Assembly: GCA_051313645.2 (NCBI GenBank)
Contig: JBNRSN020000029.1
Span: 41,540,001-41,604,000 of the forward strand
Source: Centroscyllium fabricii
Lineage: Eukaryota
Length of the DNA stretch: 64,000 bases
Reading direction: 5' to 3'
Positions 25,365 through 37,685 of this stretch are shown one piece after another; the stretch's first letter is position 1; each line of letters opens with the position of its first letter. The translations under genes and the position numbers were made by a program. Below the pieces are notes generated by a model. It did not search any database, was not told the DNA's origin, and was given only the letters and a program-made list of their open reading frames with translations.

Positions 25365-27074
25365 CTGAATGTGGAAACAGTTTCGAGGTTTTACCATAAA
25401 TTATTGTTTAAATCCTTGCCACTAACACGGAAAGCCTTTCGCTCCGTTTTCTTTTGATCTGATTTCGATTATTTTCTTTTAAGTATTTAGTTTGAATGTA
25501 TTAATTTAAGGCTGTGAAGATTATTGAATGGAGTGAGGTTTTAACAGCATATAGGCTGTCAAACAACCGTTCTGGCCCTGAAAAACTACTTTCATGTTTG
25601 TGGAGTAGCAAAGTTCTCCTTTACAATAAAAACTCCAAATCATTGTAAACGTTTAATTGCTGAAAAATTGCTCACGATATTTCAGCTTCTACATCGCATC
25701 CATGCGGAAGTTACAATTTTAATTTTGCACTCTGTAACTTTTATTAAAGTTCAGATAAACAGCAGCTTTTAATTTCCTGGTTTGCTAGCTGTGAGATTTC
25801 TTCAATGTGATTGGTTGCTTATACATCTGCTTCACGTCACTGCAGCTGATCGCTGGCAATCTCTTATTCAAAGCGCTGCAATCAAATGAACATCGGAAAA
25901 GGCAAACCTCTCGCAAAGCACTCTGTGGGGAGAATTCTTCGGAACCAGAGGCGAGCGCTTTTCCTTCGGCACTGACCTCGAATTACGGGTCATTTTTGTC
26001 AGATAAACTGTAAGAGACTTAGCGCAAAGTACAGATGCAACGTCTTTACAAAGATCGTTGGTGGCTGCGGAATACACTGTGTGAATTAATGTGTGAAGCA
26101 GAGAACACGGCAACATTTGAGAATAAGATACATAGGTGTTTGAAGGAAATGGCAACAATGTTATATTGCAACAGGGATAGAATATCCAGATGTGCTATTG
26201 CTCGTGCATTCACTGAATTCTCACAGGAACTAACGAAGCAACAAAAGCTCGAAGTTATATTTACTTACTTCTACGAAATTGTGTGTAATTGATCATAGTT
26301 TGCTGGTGTTAAACTATGGAATGGAGAAACTTTGCCCCTTGTCCCTTTACTATAACGGGAACCTTACTCTCTACAGAGGACGACATTAAAGAAAATCGCT
26401 TCCTTTCACGAGCTGAAGAAGGATTTTACATGTTTTAGACGAGGCATTCTTGGTATAGTCATACATAAATCAAAATAAAATTATTCAAGAAAATTATCGG
26501 TCTGCAGAAAGCAGCAACGTTTCATTTCTTATTTATCATAATTTATCACGATGGTGCCCGATTGTACAATCTTTGTTGCCACATTTCTGTAACACCTTTC
26601 TTTGAACATTTCACCGTGTTTGCAAGCATTCTCCGCCTGCAGTGATGAGTGGATAATTCAACTCCGCCTCCTGCGAAGCTTCCCACTCTCACGGAAGCCA
26701 GACTTCAGCTAATTCGAATCACGCCACGTGACATCAAGAAATAGCTGAGTGCAACGTCGGAGAGCCCCGACAACAGCTTGGCTGTAGTGCTGAAGACCAA
26801 TGTTCCAGTTCTAGCCGCCTCCAGCAAACTGTTTCAGTAAAGTTACAGCACAGGCATCTTACCGAAATGGTGGAAAATTGCCCAGTATTATCTTGCCCGT
26901 ATAAAGTAGAAAAAAATTAACCTGGCCAAAAAGCGCCCTGTCCACCTATTGCCACTCATCAGCAAATTGATGCGAGTAATTAATAACAGCGCTCACAAGT
27001 GCCACTTGCAATCGCCATCTCATTGATGTTCACTTCCACCCGGCTTGGCTCTAGACTTCATTAGTCTTGATTTC

Positions 27075-27787
27075 GTTTATTTATTCGTTCATGGGATGTG
27101 GGCGCATATTGCCCATCCCTATTTGCCCTTGCAAAGATGGTGGTGAGACACTATTTCAGACGGCAGCTAAAATTCAATCACAGTGCTCTGTGTCTGGAAT
27201 CAGATGTAAGCCGGAGGGCGAAACGACGGCAGGTTTCCTTCCGTAAAGGACATCAGTGAACCAGATGCGATTTTACAACACTCCAGTCGTTTCATGGTCA
27301 CAATGACTGATACTAGCTTTTTAAAATTCCAGATGTATTAAATTAACTGATCTTAAATTCACCTGCTGCCGTGGTGGGATTTCAACTCTTGTCATGGAAT
27401 CATAGAAGAATCATAGAATCCCTACAGTGCAGATAGAGGCCATTTCGGCCCATCGAGCCTGCACCGACACATATCCCACCCTATCCCCGTAACCCCACAT
27501 ATTTAATCCCCCTAACACTAAGGGTCAATTTATCATGGCCACTCAACTTAACCCGCACATCTTTGGAGTATGGGAGGAAACCGGAGCACCCGGAGGAAAC
27601 CCACGCAGACACGGGGAGAATGTGCAAACTCCACACAGATAGTCACCCGAGGCCGGATTTGAACCCGGGCCCGTAGAGCTGTGAGGCAACAGTGTTAACC
27701 ACTATGCCACCATGCCATCTCTGGATTATTAGTCCAGAGTCTCTGGATTAATAATCCAATAACATTAGCATTATGGTACCATTCCCT
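27075..27787 (-). mobile_element. Second tRNA-headed SINE family with a tail from the second LINE family; hosts a V-SINE
   Basis: Minus-strand B-box-like gagttgaaatcccacc and tail gcccacatcccatgaacgaataa shared with the LINE end at 42690-42742. Confidence 0.6.
27401..27716 (-). mobile_element. V-SINE variant with a different CR1-derived tail
   Basis: Same head and core; tail reads gctcgatgggccgaaatggcctctatctgcactgtagggattctatga on the minus strand. Confidence 0.9.
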
Positions 27788-28139
27788 CAAACATGGTCGT
27801 AAGATCTGTATTCCAGACGTTGGGTGAATGTGCTTGCCCTCGACTTCGAGGCAGCAGTAAACCCATATTGGCTCAATGATCTCTTATACAACTGAAGTCA
27901 ATGGTCATTAAGGGCAAAATAATCCAATAGCTCGAGTCATAACTAGCACGTAAGACCCGCTTTTTTAAGCATAAGAGTTTAAATGAACGTCGAAATACAT
28001 TTTTTTAAATTATTAAAACACAAGAAACCTGTAAAGTAAATTCAGGTTATTTTGGCCCATTGAAAAGGTTAACATTTATTTTTCAAAAAAGGACTTTTTT
28101 ATATTTAATTAATGAAAGTAGATTGATGGGGCCATAATT

Positions 28140-29410
28140 GGCTGGATTGGATTTGTCCTGCTTTTAGTCGACAGGACATACCTGGGCAGATTTCCACATT
28201 GTCGGATAGATGCCCGTCCTGTAGCTGTACTGGAACAGGTTGATGAGATGTGTGGCTAGTTCTGGAGCGCAGGTCTTCAGCAAGATAGCTTGGACTTTGT
28301 CAGAGCCCGTATTCTTTTCTGCCTCCAGTATTATCAGCCATTCCTTGATATCACGTGGAGTGAATCGAATTAGCTGAAGACTTGCTTCTGAGATGGGAGG
28401 AGCTCTGGTGCAGGCCGAGATTAATCATCCACTCGGCACTGACGGCTGAATATGGTTGCAAATAGTTCAGCCTTGTCTTTTGCAATTGTGTGATGCGCTA
28501 CTCCATCACTGAGGATGGGAATGTTCATGGAGCCCCAAGCTCCACTTTGTTGTTTAATTGTCCAGCAGCATTCACGACTGAATGTGACAGGACTGCAGAG
28601 CCTTGATCTGACACGTTGTTATGGGATCGCTTAGCCCTGCCTATAGCATGCAACGTCCGCTTTTAATCATGCAAGTAGTCCGGTGTAGCAGCTTCCCCAG
28701 GATGGCATGTCGTTTACTGTTACGCTGGCTGCTGCTCTTGGCTTGATGGTAGTAGTAGATTTAGGAATATGCCGGGTCACGCTTTCACAGATTGTGGTGG
28801 AATACAATTCTGCTTAGGATGATCGCCCACAGCGCCTCATGGATGCACACTTTTGAGCTGCTAGATCTGTTCTGAATCTATCCCACTTAGCATGTTCCTA
28901 GTACCACATAATGATAGTGCCATGATGGAGGGTGTCCTCAATATGAAGATGGGTGAATTACTCCAAAAGGACTGTGTGGTGGTCACTGCTACCAAGACTG
29001 TCATGGTACGACAGGTAAATTGGTTAGGTTCTCTTACCACCTGCTGTAGGCCCAGTCGGGCAGCTATATCCTTCAGGGCACGGCCAGATCGGTCAGCAGT
29101 GGTACCACTGAGCCACTCTTGGTGATGGACGTTGAAGTGCCCTAACAAGAGTACATTGTGTGTCATTGCTACTATCAGAGTTTATTCCAATTAGTGCTCA
29201 ACATGGACGAGTACTGACTCATCAGCTAATGGACGGCGGAAGGTGATAATCAGCAGGAGATTTCCTTGCCTATGCATGACCTGAAGCGATTAGATTCATG
29301 AGGTCTGGAGTCAATGCAGAGAATTCGCAGGCCACCCCCTCCCGACTGTATACCACTGCGCCACCTCCGCTGGTGGGTCTGTCCTGCTGGTGGGACAGGG
29401 CACCAGTGTG
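28140..29410 (-). mobile_element. Second CR1-group LINE family: APE endonuclease to RT start, degenerate
   Basis: LLLGHFNVHHQEWL...LGLQQVVREP (GDFN endonuclease motif) in ORF 28861-29166. Confidence 0.8.
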
Positions 29411-29837
29411 GAACACGCTAGCTCTTAATTCTTATGTTGTTATGTTCTTATGATTCGACGGTTCTAAAGACATTTTGCCACGAATTTTAAATTTATGATA
29501 TGTATTCGGTGATGGTTCCTTCCAGGTGTAATGCAGTCTTCATAAAGACCAAAAGCACAAACAATAGTAAACAGTCTATTCTCTCTGCAATGCTGCAGTA
29601 ATAGTCAAACTCTTCTTCTAAAATATCTGAATACTTTGTTTCAAGGCAACGTGGAGTGCTTTGCATGCAAGTTTACTGTATCTCGTGGGTGCAGCTTTCG
29701 CCCATTAATGTCAGTGCTGTGATCCAAGAATGTTATGCACATGGTTGCATTGGATAGCACCTTCAAGGATCGGGCACATGTTCGATGGGTTACATTGGCT
29801 TTTCCGTACTGTACCATTCTATGATTCTATGATTTAC

Positions 29838-29864
29838 CTTTATCTTTCTCTGCGATTTGTTCTT
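29838..29864 (-). CDS. 27-nt phase-1 microexon (EEQIAEKDK)
   Basis: gtgcatttcccctcaatag|AAGAACAAATCGCAGAGAAAGATAAAG|gtaaat. Confidence 0.8.
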
Positions 29865-30383
29865 CTATTGAGGGGAAATGCACAACAATATAGGCATTAG
29901 TTCAACAGGGAAAATCAACGTGTATATATATATATGGTCAATAGTTCTGATACAAAAGAGTAAAGAAGGAGTTGAAAACTCAGATTCACGCTTCTCGAAT
30001 GCACACGTCCGCCATATGATTCTCGTTTATCTTGCATGATGTTGTTTTGCCCATAATTTAAAAGCAAACAATGTTTCATTCACAACAAATTCGATCAGGA
30101 CACCCTTAAAGTGAAGGTAAAATTATCAGCTTCTTCACTGTTTATGTCTCAATAATACAGAAATAAATTATTGGCTCAGGTCACTGCATGACTAACTTAC
30201 AAATTCTAAATTTTCGGCATATTTAAATAAACTAACAATTCGTTGTTGGAAAGCCAAACACGCACACTAAATTATAGCCGGGACTAACCATTACCTCTAC
30301 ACTTTGGTGAACTGTATTGAAACAATAGATATCATTCTTGCAGTAACGGATGTGTACAACTAAATTTCAGAAGCTTTTCACAC

Positions 30384-30419
30384 CTAAAGATTTGATAGTT
30401 TCCTTCAGTCTTCCGATGT
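30384..30419 (-). CDS. 36-nt phase-1 exon (DIGRLKETIKSL)
   Basis: ttttgtttttctgtttcag|ACATCGGAAGACTGAAGGAAACTATCAAATCTTTAG|gtgtga; xI.xLKE pattern shared with the other 36-nt exons. Confidence 0.78.
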
Positions 30420-30539
30420 CTGAAACAGAAAAACAAAATTTCAGCAATTTAAATGCTATGAAATTAAATCTATCTTTCTCTTTCTTGGCAATAAAACCTT
30501 TTTAAGAGAACGTCAGGTCAATAGTCGTACACAAAGAGC

Positions 30540-31417
30540 NNNNNNNNNNNNNNNNNNNNNNNNNNNNNNNNNNNNNNNNNNNNNNNNNNNNNNNNNNNNN
30601 NNNNNNNNNNNNNNNNNNNNNNNNNNNNNNNNNNNNNNNNNNNNNNNNNNNNNNNNNNNNNNNNNNNNNNNNNNNNNNNNNNNNNNNNNNNNNNNNNNNN
30701 NNNNNNNNNNNNNNNNNNNNNNNNNNNNNNNNNNNNNNNNNNNNNNNNNNNNNNNNNNNNNNNNNNNNNNNNNNNNNNNNNNNNNNNNNNNNNNNNNNNN
30801 NNNNNNNNNNNNNNNNNNNNNNNNNNNNNNNNNNNNNNNNNNNNNNNNNNNNNNNNNNNNNNNNNNNNNNNNNNNNNNNNNNNNNNNNNNNNNNNNNNNN
30901 NNNNNNNNNNNNNNNNNNNNNNNNNNNNNNNNNNNNNNNNNNNNNNNNNNNNNNNNNNNNNNNNNNNNNNNNNNNNNNNNNNNNNNNNNNNNNNNNNNNN
31001 NNNNNNNNNNNNNNNNNNNNNNNNNNNNNNNNNNNNNNNNNNNNNNNNNNNNNNNNNNNNNNNNNNNNNNNNNNNNNNNNNNNNNNNNNNNNNNNNNNNN
31101 NNNNNNNNNNNNNNNNNNNNNNNNNNNNNNNNNNNNNNNNNNNNNNNNNNNNNNNNNNNNNNNNNNNNNNNNNNNNNNNNNNNNNNNNNNNNNNNNNNNN
31201 NNNNNNNNNNNNNNNNNNNNNNNNNNNNNNNNNNNNNNNNNNNNNNNNNNNNNNNNNNNNNNNNNNNNNNNNNNNNNNNNNNNNNNNNNNNNNNNNNNNN
31301 NNNNNNNNNNNNNNNNNNNNNNNNNNNNNNNNNNNNNNNNNNNNNNNNNNNNNNNNNNNNNNNNNNNNNNNNNNNNNNNNNNNNNNNNNNNNNNNNNNNN
31401 NNNNNNNNNNNNNNNNN
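30540..31417. other. Assembly gap (N run)
   Basis: Run of N. Confidence 1.
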
Positions 31418-31419
31418 TA

Positions 31420-34096
31420 GATAGACTGCAGTCCCCAGTCTGGCACCGTGAGGCAAAGGACCGCACAGGGTCTACAACAACGCATATGAATGTAGAGGTA
31501 ATTGGGGAGTCGATACCCAGGGAACAGACAAGCAGTTCAGTTACCGGTGACGTAAGGCCCTTGCGGTAGGTTGCCTCCTTGATGCCTGGGACAGGGACAT
31601 CAGAGAGAGGGTACAGTATTGCGGGCGGAAGGGGAAGTTCCAAAAGTCGTGATCCATGTCGGAAGCAATGAAGTAAGGAGGGAGGCGGTTGCAGTGCTGC
31701 AGGCTGACTTAAGGACCTGTGTAGGACATTAATAAGCAAGACGTGAAATGTACATTTTAACATTAATAGGTGCAATAACTATAGAGCACTTATAATGGTA
31801 GACTTTTAATACCCAATATTGAGAGGAGCACTAATTATGTTAAGGGCAGAGAAGGGGAGGAATTTCCTAATTGTGTTCTGGAAAGTTTTCCTGAACTGTA
31901 TTTTTCCTGGTCAACGAAGAATGAGGCATTGATATTTCTAGTCCTTGGAATGGATTGGGTCAAGTAGAGTTTGTTACAGTTGGAGAATATCTCGGGAATA
32001 GTGTTCATAGTATCCTAACGTTTAGGTTAGTTATGGATAAGGTTAAGGAAAAATCTAGACTAAAAATACTCAACTGGTGGTAGGCTAATTTCAGCGATTT
32101 GTAAACGAATCTGGTCCGGTAAAACGGAATCAAAAACTGGCAGGCAGAAATTAAATGGAGCAATAGGCAGCCTTTCAACAAAAGATGGTTCAGGTACAGT
32201 CTAGGTACATTAGTACAAGGGGGATAGGGAGGGCAAACAAACCCAGAGCTGCGTGGATGACGATAAAGGAAAATGTGAAAGAGGGGCGAAAACACAGAAC
32301 GAGAATAGACTGGCGGCAAATATAAAAGAAAATCCAAAAGTCTTCTGTAGGCATATTAACAGTGAAAGGGCTGTCAGAGGAGCGGTGAGGCAGATTTGGG
32401 AACAAAATTAAAAACATCTGCTGGATGCAGAAGGCATGTCTAAGGTAGTAAGTGAATATTTACCATGGAAGAGGACTTTATCAAAACTATCATAAAGGAG
32501 GAGATTGCTGGTATTCCGGATTATATTACATAGATAAACAAATTAAAGTGGAGAAATCATCCAGTCCTGATGGGATTTATCCTAGGATCCTGAGGGAAGT
32601 AAGGGTATACATTGCATCGGTGCTGTTCACAATCTTTCAATCCTCTTGAGAAAGTATGGTGGTGGAAAAGGACAGGAGGATTGTAAATTTTACCCGTTTG
32701 TTCAAAAAAGGGGAGAAGGATAAGCCTGCCAATGACATACCAGTTTATTTAATGCCAGTTGCGGGGAACGTTTTAGAAACAATAATGCGGGAAAATTTAA
32801 CAGCCACTTGGACAAGCATGGACATATAAGAGACACAGCACGGATTTGTTAGGAGCCAATCGTGTTTGACTGACTTCATTGCGTTTTTGATGAGATACCA
32901 GAGAGTGTAGATGAAGGCAGTGCAATCGATGTTGTGTTGTGTTCAAAATGCGTTAGATAAAGTACAGCATATTAGGCGTGTTAGCAAATTTGGGATAAAA
33001 TGGGCAGTAACAGCATTGATACAAAATTGGCTAATGGATGGAACACAGAGCGTTGTGGTGAATGGCAGCTTTTTGGACTGGAGGGAGGTATAGTGTGGCG
33101 TCCCCTAAGGTTCAGTACTAGGTTGATACAGATTCATAATTTCGACTTCGGGGTACAGGGCACAAGTTAGAAATCTGCAGATAACTCGAAACTTGGAAGT
33201 AGAGTAAACAGTGAGGAATGCAGTAATAGATTTCAAGAAGCAATAGCCAAGCTGGTGGAATGGGCGAACACATGGCAGGTGAAATTCAACACAGAGAAAT
33301 ATGAGCTGATACGTTTTGGTGGGAAGAATGAGGAGAGACCACACATAATAAATGACACAATTTTAAAAGGGGTGCAAGAACAGAGAAACCTGGGAGGCAT
33401 GTCAACAAATCTTCGAAGTTGGCAAGATAGGTTAACACTGCAGTTAATAAAGACTATAAGATACAAACTTTCTAAATACAAACACAGAGTACTAGCCAGA
33501 AAGTTATGCCGAAGCTATGTAAAACATTAGTTCGGCCCCAGCTGGAGTTCTGTGTCCAATTCTGGGCACCACAAATTACGAAGTACGTGTAGGCTGTAGA
33601 TCGGGTACAGAAGATATTTCCTAGACTGTTTTCCGGGTTGAGGGATTAAGGTTACTTGGATATACTAGAGAAGCTGGGGTTCTTCACTCTGGAGCAGAGA
33701 AAGCAGAAAGAAGATTTGATGGAGGTGTTTAAAATCCTGAAGGATTTAGATTGAGTAAATAAAGCGCAACTGTTTCCAATGGTTGAAAAGGCGAAAACGT
33801 GAAGGCACAGATTTAAGGTGATTGGCAAAGGAACCAGTGGCGAAAAGAAAAACAACTTTTTTTCGCAAAGAGTGGTTAAGATTTGAATGCACTGCCTGAT
33901 AATGTACTGGATATAGTTTCAACAGTAGCATTCAAATGGGAATTGCAACCATAGTTGAAGGGATAAACTGCGGGGTTATGGGGAAAAACTGTGGGAGTGA
34001 GACTAGCTGGATTACACTTCAAAAGAGGCAGCGCTGACTTGATGAGCTGCATAGCCTCCTTCTGTGCTGTACTCGTTTGTGAATCTATGATTCTAT
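31420..34096 (+). mobile_element. Degenerate CR1 LINE: ORF1 esterase remnant, ORF2 and 3' tail
   Basis: VVIHVGSNE (esterase-like), KSSSPDGIYPRILRE, WQVKFNTEKYELIRFG, PQLEFCVQFWAP, tail gaatctatgattcta. Confidence 0.88.
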
Positions 34097-34574
34097 TCAA
34101 TATTGTTCGCATAAGGATACAGACACATTTCTTGGAAATATGTTTTTTTGGATTCAATTATCACTGTAAAACATAGTCTAAAATAATTGCTTAGCTCATA
34201 AAATAACATCACTTTCCTCAAGTCATCTCCGAATATTAAAAAGTTACCGTGATAAAAGGAACAAGACGTTACATTTTTTGTTTCATGCTTTGGCTCTGAT
34301 ATCACCAAATTATGATCAATAAAATAAAATTGTATCAAATTCAATGAAAGTTTCAAGAAGGAAAAGGGACTTCTGTCCCAAAAAGTTGGTGTTACTATTG
34401 ATCAAAAATTTCTAAGAATGGTATATTAGTTGAAATGTAGTATTGGTACCGTAATAGATCTTAATGCTTGGTCACAGTTTTCTCGTTCCCGTAAAGTCAC
34501 TTCAAAAGCATACTTTGTGGTATCCTCTTCTGTGAAACGCCTTGGAGCATGCACGGGCATCATACTAAAATATT

Positions 34575-37500
34575 GGCCCTGAAATTATACTGGTTTTTAG
34601 AGCGTTCGCACAGTGCACACTGTCGGAAGCCTTCTGAAAGGGACTACAACTTCAAGGTTCCCATTTGCACTGCGCATGCGTGAAAACCTAGAATTTGTGA
34701 TATGTCACGTCTCAATTGACAGATTGGTCGAATCCGCGGCAAAATCACTTTCAATGGTTCACACTTGCCCAACTACTGACTATCGAATGCCCATGAACCC
34801 CTTACTCCTGGTAAAAGCAGGCATAGGGCCTTATTTTACCAGTGTAAGGGTTAAAATAAATGTTAAAATAGATTGTTTTAGTGATTAAAACATCTACATA
34901 TATTGAAAATTAGTTTAGTTACATTTCGTTCCGTTTTAAAATGTTTCATTTATTTTTCAATTTTTAAAAATTTTTTTTAAATATACATTGGCCCATAAAT
35001 TCCGTTCTCTCCGGGTGTGTACACACTGTGTGCTTACCCGTAGGGCCAACGGAAGTGCTGGTTTTAGTCATGCACTGTGCAAGCACTGGAAACCGGAACT
35101 TCCGTTTTTCAAAGAAAAGGCTTCACATGACAAATGCCTGCACCGGATAAGCAGCACGTACGGCTGCAACTTCAGTTTTTTCACTAGTGGCTTCAGCCCG
35201 GTTAAGTCTGAAGCAGCAGCTCCTGGAAAAGCAGATGCAAGGCCTGCTTTTAACAAGGTAAGAGCTGAAGAAAGTAAAATGTTTTTTTCCATTGATTTAT
35301 CATTTTAAAGTACTTTAAAGAAAGGTAAGTTTATTTTTAGCCCCGCTATAAACATTGATTCCTTTTTTCAAAAAATGACAATTTTTGTTTAAAATAGTTA
35401 ATTTATATAATGTATAAGTCATCCAGACTCGAACCATCTTCAGCTTGTTCTGCGATTTTAAGTAAGAAAAATCATGGTTTTTAAAAAAATCATTCTGTGG
35501 GATTTACAGCAGATTAACATTTGACCCTGTGACTGCACCCTTTTGATATGTTGGAAAATCTTGGACTGCTTTGATGTCCCGCCTGATGTAGAGTCATCCG
35601 GACTAGGGACATCTTTGTCTTATAAGGAAATTCCTTTTTTTAAATCATTCTGTGTGTTTTGCAGCATTTGACCCCCCTTGCGACTGTGCCTCATTGCTCG
35701 CAGACTGAGGTGTTAAAATATGTTAATATGCCTTTGTGTGCTTTATGTCTCTAGGGTGAGATGTGGAAGAGATCGGATTTCTCCCTTCCTCCGATATGTG
35801 TGATCTTTAAGTCAGTCTCTCTGTCCACCTGAGGAAGGAGCAGCGCTCCGAAAGCTTGTGATTTAAAATAAAACCGTTGGACTATAATCTGGTGTTGTGT
35901 GAATTCTTGCATTTATATAATGTGTAGTCGTTTTTAAAATGTGATATATTTTTTTAATGTATTTAAAGTTTTACTTATGTTTTAGGGCTGATCTCTTCAC
36001 AGATAAGACAGGTCTTCGTGTCAAAAGTATGAATAGAGACTCCCTCCTCTGATTGGCCCACGTGATCCCAGGGATGTTGCGAACAAGCTGCTCCTCTGGG
36101 GAACGCTTGCCCTGCACACCAGCAGTCTGAGGAGGCACATGAATGGTATGCTGCGCCTCCAATGAGTCCTGCGGTCCAGGCGCAGATTTTTCAGAATCAC
36201 AGCCCTACGCCCGCGTGAGGGCTGCGAAAGCAATTTCTGGGCTATTAATAAATTAAATATTATAAACAGAAATGTAGGCCCAGAAAAGGGGGTCTCCATG
36301 CGTGAGCTTGCGCTGTTTACTCACCCGTAGGCCCAACAGAAGGGCCGGTTATGTGCATGCACTGCGCGTGCACTGGGAACTGGAACTTCTGTTCTCCTGA
36401 AGGAAGGGGTTTGATGGTCAAAATTGTGCACCGGAGAGGCAGCGCATAGACCTGGACCTTCCGCTTTTTTCACAGGTTTTTCAGTGCAGGTATGTCCCTA
36501 GCAAATATGTATGGAAAACGTAGGTGCAAAGCTTACTCTTAACAAGGTAAGAGGTTAAGTAAGTAAAATTAAAACATTTTTCCAAAGGTTTATCATTTGA
36601 AAATATTTTTTTAAATGGTATATTTATTTTAGCCCCATTAAAAACTTTAAATAATCTTTTTTAAATTAAAATTTTTGTTTAAAATAGTTAATTTATGTAA
36701 TTTATAGTTAGTAAAAAATGTGATGGCATTTTTAAATTTATTTGCAGTTTTACTTAGGTGATGGGGCCGATCTCTATTCATAGATTTGACAGGTTTTCCT
36801 GCCAAATTTATGAATGGAGATTCCCTGCTCCGATTGTCTCTCCATGCTCCACCAATCCCAGCATTGCTAGGAACTTGTTGCGCCCCTGGAATATGCCTGA
36901 CCTGCACACCGGCAGCTGCAGCAAGCCCAGGATCAAAATTCCACGCGGGGCAACAGCACAACAGCAGGCGCGCTATGGAAGTGCAGTTCGGCGGCTTGCT
37001 CCCGCGGGAAGCCTCCGACCCGAGTTTCTGGTCCTACGTAACTTTTTGAAGAAAATAATGAAAGTTTTCTACCGGCTTAAATATAAACTTACCTTTTAAA
37101 ACGATTTTTAACTGATAAATGAGTGAGAAGCAAAATTTGCTATTACTTTTTTCAACTCTTATCCTGGGGCCTGCTTTTACCAGGCGTAAGAACTGTACAG
37201 TTTCTTTGCGGGTGGTGTGTCTCCAGAAAGCCGAACTATCAGTCCGCAGAGGCACTTTTCCAAGGCAGGCGGAGTATCAGTCAAGAGCCTTGTTGACACA
37301 TCGGAAATGCTGATTCTCAGCGCATGCGCCGTGCATGCCTGAAACTGGCATGTTTGCTGTCCGGAACAGTGTCTGCACAGAGCGAACAGACCCGTAGAGA
37401 TTGGAACTTCCAGCCCAATAAATTCATGGGAATTCCGTATGTAAATTGAATCGCCATATGCATCATAGGAATCCCCATTATTTATTGTTTGGCCGGACCC

Positions 37501-37685
37501 GCGGGATCCCAGGGACACCTGTGAACCACTGCGCCCCTGGGATCCGTGGGACTTTATGCAGACATACGCCGGCATGCCCTAGAAGCGAGCTCTCCGTAAT
37601 CGTGGAACGAGGAGATAAGTAGGGAAATATTTCATGGGTCGGAGTCGTACTCAGGAGGTACGCCACCGACCTCAAATTCAAGGCT
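34575..37685. mobile_element. Nest of Harbinger-like MITEs
   Basis: Outer copy att|ggccctgaaatt...aaattcaaggct|att; inner copy 34990-36243 also flanked by ATT; further copies at about 36276-37034 and ending about 37415. Confidence 0.72.
35414..35910 (+). mobile_element. Penelope-like element 3' end with a hammerhead-like motif
   Basis: 13-bp direct repeat atttatataatgt at 35401-35413 and 35911-35923; CTGAGGA-A-GGAGC-agc-GCTCC-GAAA at 35829-35853 followed by AATAAA. Confidence 0.78.

Larger units (their letters stand above)
26590..27950 (+). mobile_element. Degenerate RT region of the second CR1-group LINE family, interrupted by SINEs
   Basis: Remnant motifs (DIKK.LS, PDNSLAVVLK, WKIAQ, ALDFEAA) with many disablements. 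Confidence 0.6.

Noticed and set aside
30295-30311. 17-nt ag/gt-bounded minus-strand segment
   Set aside because: Not a multiple of 3, with weaker sites; would break the frame
30502-31775. Long ORFs of 312-420 aa in the ORF track
   Set aside because: Artefacts of translating through the N gap; the same applies to 39943-40293
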